A stretch of DNA of 64,000 nucleotides from Octopus sinensis (taxonomy: Eukaryota). Made by a program: the position numbers and the translations under genes. Within the stretch, counting starts at the first letter, position 1, and each line of letters begins with the position of its first letter. This document shows positions 61,640 through 64,000 of the stretch, in pieces. The notes under the pieces were generated by a model. That model was given only the letters and a program-made list of their open reading frames with translations, did no database searches and was not told the origin of the DNA. Where the stretch lies: the NCBI RefSeq assembly GCF_006345805.1, contig NC_042997.1:84258001-84322000 (forward strand), read 5' to 3'.

Positions 61640-61975
61640 TCGTTTCAGTCATTCGACTGCGGCCATGCTGGAGTACCGCCTTGAAGCGTCTAGTCGAATA
61701 AATCGGCCCCAGTACTTACTATTATTATTATCATTATTTTTTGGCCTGTTACTTATTCTTTCGGCTCTTTTTGCAGAACTGCCGAGTTATTTGGATATAA
61801 ACAAACCAACATCAGTTGTCAAGCGGTGGTGGAGGACAAAGACACTCGCACACACACACAAGTACACATACATACACATATCTAATTACGCATACATACA
61901 CATATACCCCTACACACCCACATGCACACACACGCATACACATACATATATACGACGGTCTTCTCTCAGTTGGTC
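61640..61975 (-). mobile_element. SINE family 1 tail/body
   Basis: TTTCAGTCATTCGACTGCGGCCATGCTGGAGTACCGCC...GGCTCTTTTTGCAGAACTG...CA tract. Confidence 0.75.
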
Positions 61976-62870
61976 GGTCCGAGTCAATAGTAGATGAGAC
62001 ATAAAGAGGAAAAAACAATTTTTAGTGAGGAAATATAACTATTTCTATACGATATTAATCATGTTTAATTGCATTAAACATGGCTTCTGGCCTTAAAAGT
62101 ATATATGTGACTCAAAAAACTTAAAATAAAATCCTTGTTGTTGCATATTTATAAAACTTCATCGAAACTTTAAAAAGTGCACCCTTACCTACTATTGCAC
62201 TTGTACAGTTTTGACCGAATTCTCAGAACTCTTCTCCCATAACAAATCTCCTCTCATATTTTGCAGAGACAAGGCATCCAACTTGTCTCGTGCTATTTGT
62301 TGTGCAAGGATTTTTAATAATTCAAATGTGACGCCAAAGCTATCTCACGTTTGTGCCATACACTGGAACAACGGGAAATGAAGTGTCTTACTCAAGGTTT
62401 CATATATGCATACACACACGCACGCATATACCTATACATAAATATATATACATATACATATATATGTATATGCATATATGCATACGCATACATACAAGTA
62501 TGTGTGTGTGTATGTATATATGTATGTACGTATGCTTATGTTGGTTTGTGGTGTGTGAGATGAATGAGAGGATTACTGAGAATATAGAGAATATAATATT
62601 TTGCATTGGAAATGGAACTGAGATTGTCTCGTGACTCTAGTTTCATGACACTGCGATCTTCAGGTGAGAACTCTTATAACTCAGTATTGGTGGTGTATTT
62701 ATATACTTTTGTGTTAGAGGTTAATGCTTCTATTTGTTCACCGGTTACTTTTCCTCTTGATAGATTATGCAGTGTTTTTCTCGTCTCTCTACTGGTGGAT
62801 TATGCACTTTTGTAATGTCATTAAATTGCTTCGAATTGCTGAGCCGCTGATAGTGTAGTTTTCTTTATCG

Positions 62871-62874
<4 letters not shown>

Positions 62875-62932
<58 letters not shown>

Positions 62933-62965
62933 CGTGTGTGTGTGTGTGCGTGCGTGCGTGTGTGC

Positions 62966-63004
<39 letters not shown>

Positions 63005-63005
63005 T
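62875..63005. repeat. (TG)n/(TGCG)n microsatellite
   Basis: Directly visible. Confidence 0.95.
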
Positions 63006-63019
63006 GCGCTCGCATTTGT

Positions 63020-64000
63020 TTGTAAAGAGCATCAACAGGAATCGCAGCAGCTATAAATACAGCAACAACTGCAACAACAACAATTACTGGATCTATATTC
63101 AAAGTCTAAAAATGAGGTAAGTTTGTTTTCGCCAGACGGCATTTCAAACTCGATTAATGAACTCACTTATAACCCAGAGGAGGTTATAATTTTTGCATCG
63201 TACTACAGATGGAACGAGGAGATTTTTTAATCAAGATTGCAAATCATGGTCGGACGAACCAAAAGTGAGATCGTTATTGCGAAAATTAGCTCCGTTAGAG
63301 CATGAACGTTACTGTAATTTCACATTGCCCCCAAAACACAATGAAATTTGTTTTATAGAAACAATAGAATTACTGCCTAACATATTCGGTGATAAAACTT
63401 CTCTATTTAACACTCGAATGGAGTGTTGGAATATAACGAAAAAATAAAATGATGATTTTATCACATACACAGGAACAGTCAATAGGATGTGTGAAAGTTT
63501 CAAACTTACACCTGAATGTTCAAATGTCTTATTTTCGTACAAGGCCTTACAGCAAGCGAAGCTACAGAAATTCGGGCAAGAACAAGCGAACCAAGATCCT
63601 ACATTACTGTCCGTGGCAGACGAATGTCAAAGGATGGTAAACCTGAAACACGATGTAGAATAAATACAAGAAAAAGATTCCTCAAAAATACAGATATGCC
63701 GACCAGAAAAAAGTACAACCAAAAAAGAGCGTCACGTCCTAATCCATGTTATGGATGTGGGGGCATACATTTCAGAAAAGACTGCCCATTTAAAAATCAA
63801 AAATGTTACAGTTGCAAAAGATTTGGTTACAAGAGTCATATTGCAGAACAAAATTACGAAGGTCAAACGTTAAAAATCCTAAAGTGCTCTCAGCAGAAAC
63901 AAAGATCGACTCCAAATAAGAAAATTCGTACACATAAAAATAAATGAGATACATATTAAACATCAATTGGATACTGGAAGTGATATTTCAAAAATAAATA
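63020..64000 (+). mobile_element. Degenerate Ty3/Gypsy LTR retrotransposon gag-protease region, continuing beyond the window
   Basis: Q-rich N-terminus, KVRSLLRKL...EHERYCNF, FGDKTSLFNTR, FKCLIFVQGL, CYGCGGIHFRKDC knuckle, aspartic protease LDTGSD at ~63970; several frameshifts. Confidence 0.8.

Noticed and set aside
56-63120. Dozens of ORFs rich in YI, MYVC, HT, CV, poly-I/N/L/S/R (e.g. 5221-5640, 16035-16631, 38772-39167, 46576-47244)
   Set aside because: They are translations of stop-free microsatellites, with no domain content.

Overview
AT-rich, repeat-dominated eukaryotic genomic DNA. I recognise the SINE families and the extreme microsatellite load as octopus/cephalopod-like, but that is from memory and not verified. 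No host protein-coding gene, rRNA, true tRNA or CRISPR array can be supported, and almost all short ORFs in the track are microsatellite artefacts. Repeat content: (i) at least three tRNA-derived SINE families; (ii) 5'-truncated R4/Dong-type (RLE) LINE fragments; (iii) RTE and CR1-like LINE relics; (iv) Penelope-like GIY-YIG fragments and hammerhead-like motifs; (v) a MULE/Phantom-like transposon end and a hAT MITE; (vi) a degenerate Ty3/Gypsy gag-protease at the right edge; (vii) one 100-N gap. Main result: two divergent 2.3-2.4 kb retroelements encoding only an RRM+CCHC ORF1-type protein (no endonuclease or RT) sit head-to-tail at the same nucleotide in the tRNA-like head of a SINE (55363-60514). 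Each has its own target-site duplication, 9 bp and 15 bp. This suggests a non-autonomous, site-specific, SINE/tRNA-targeting retroelement system. Second result: two RLE-LINE lineages appear to use different microsatellite targets, (AAT)n versus (ACAT)n. SINE and degenerate-element boundaries are approximate (about +/-20 bp).
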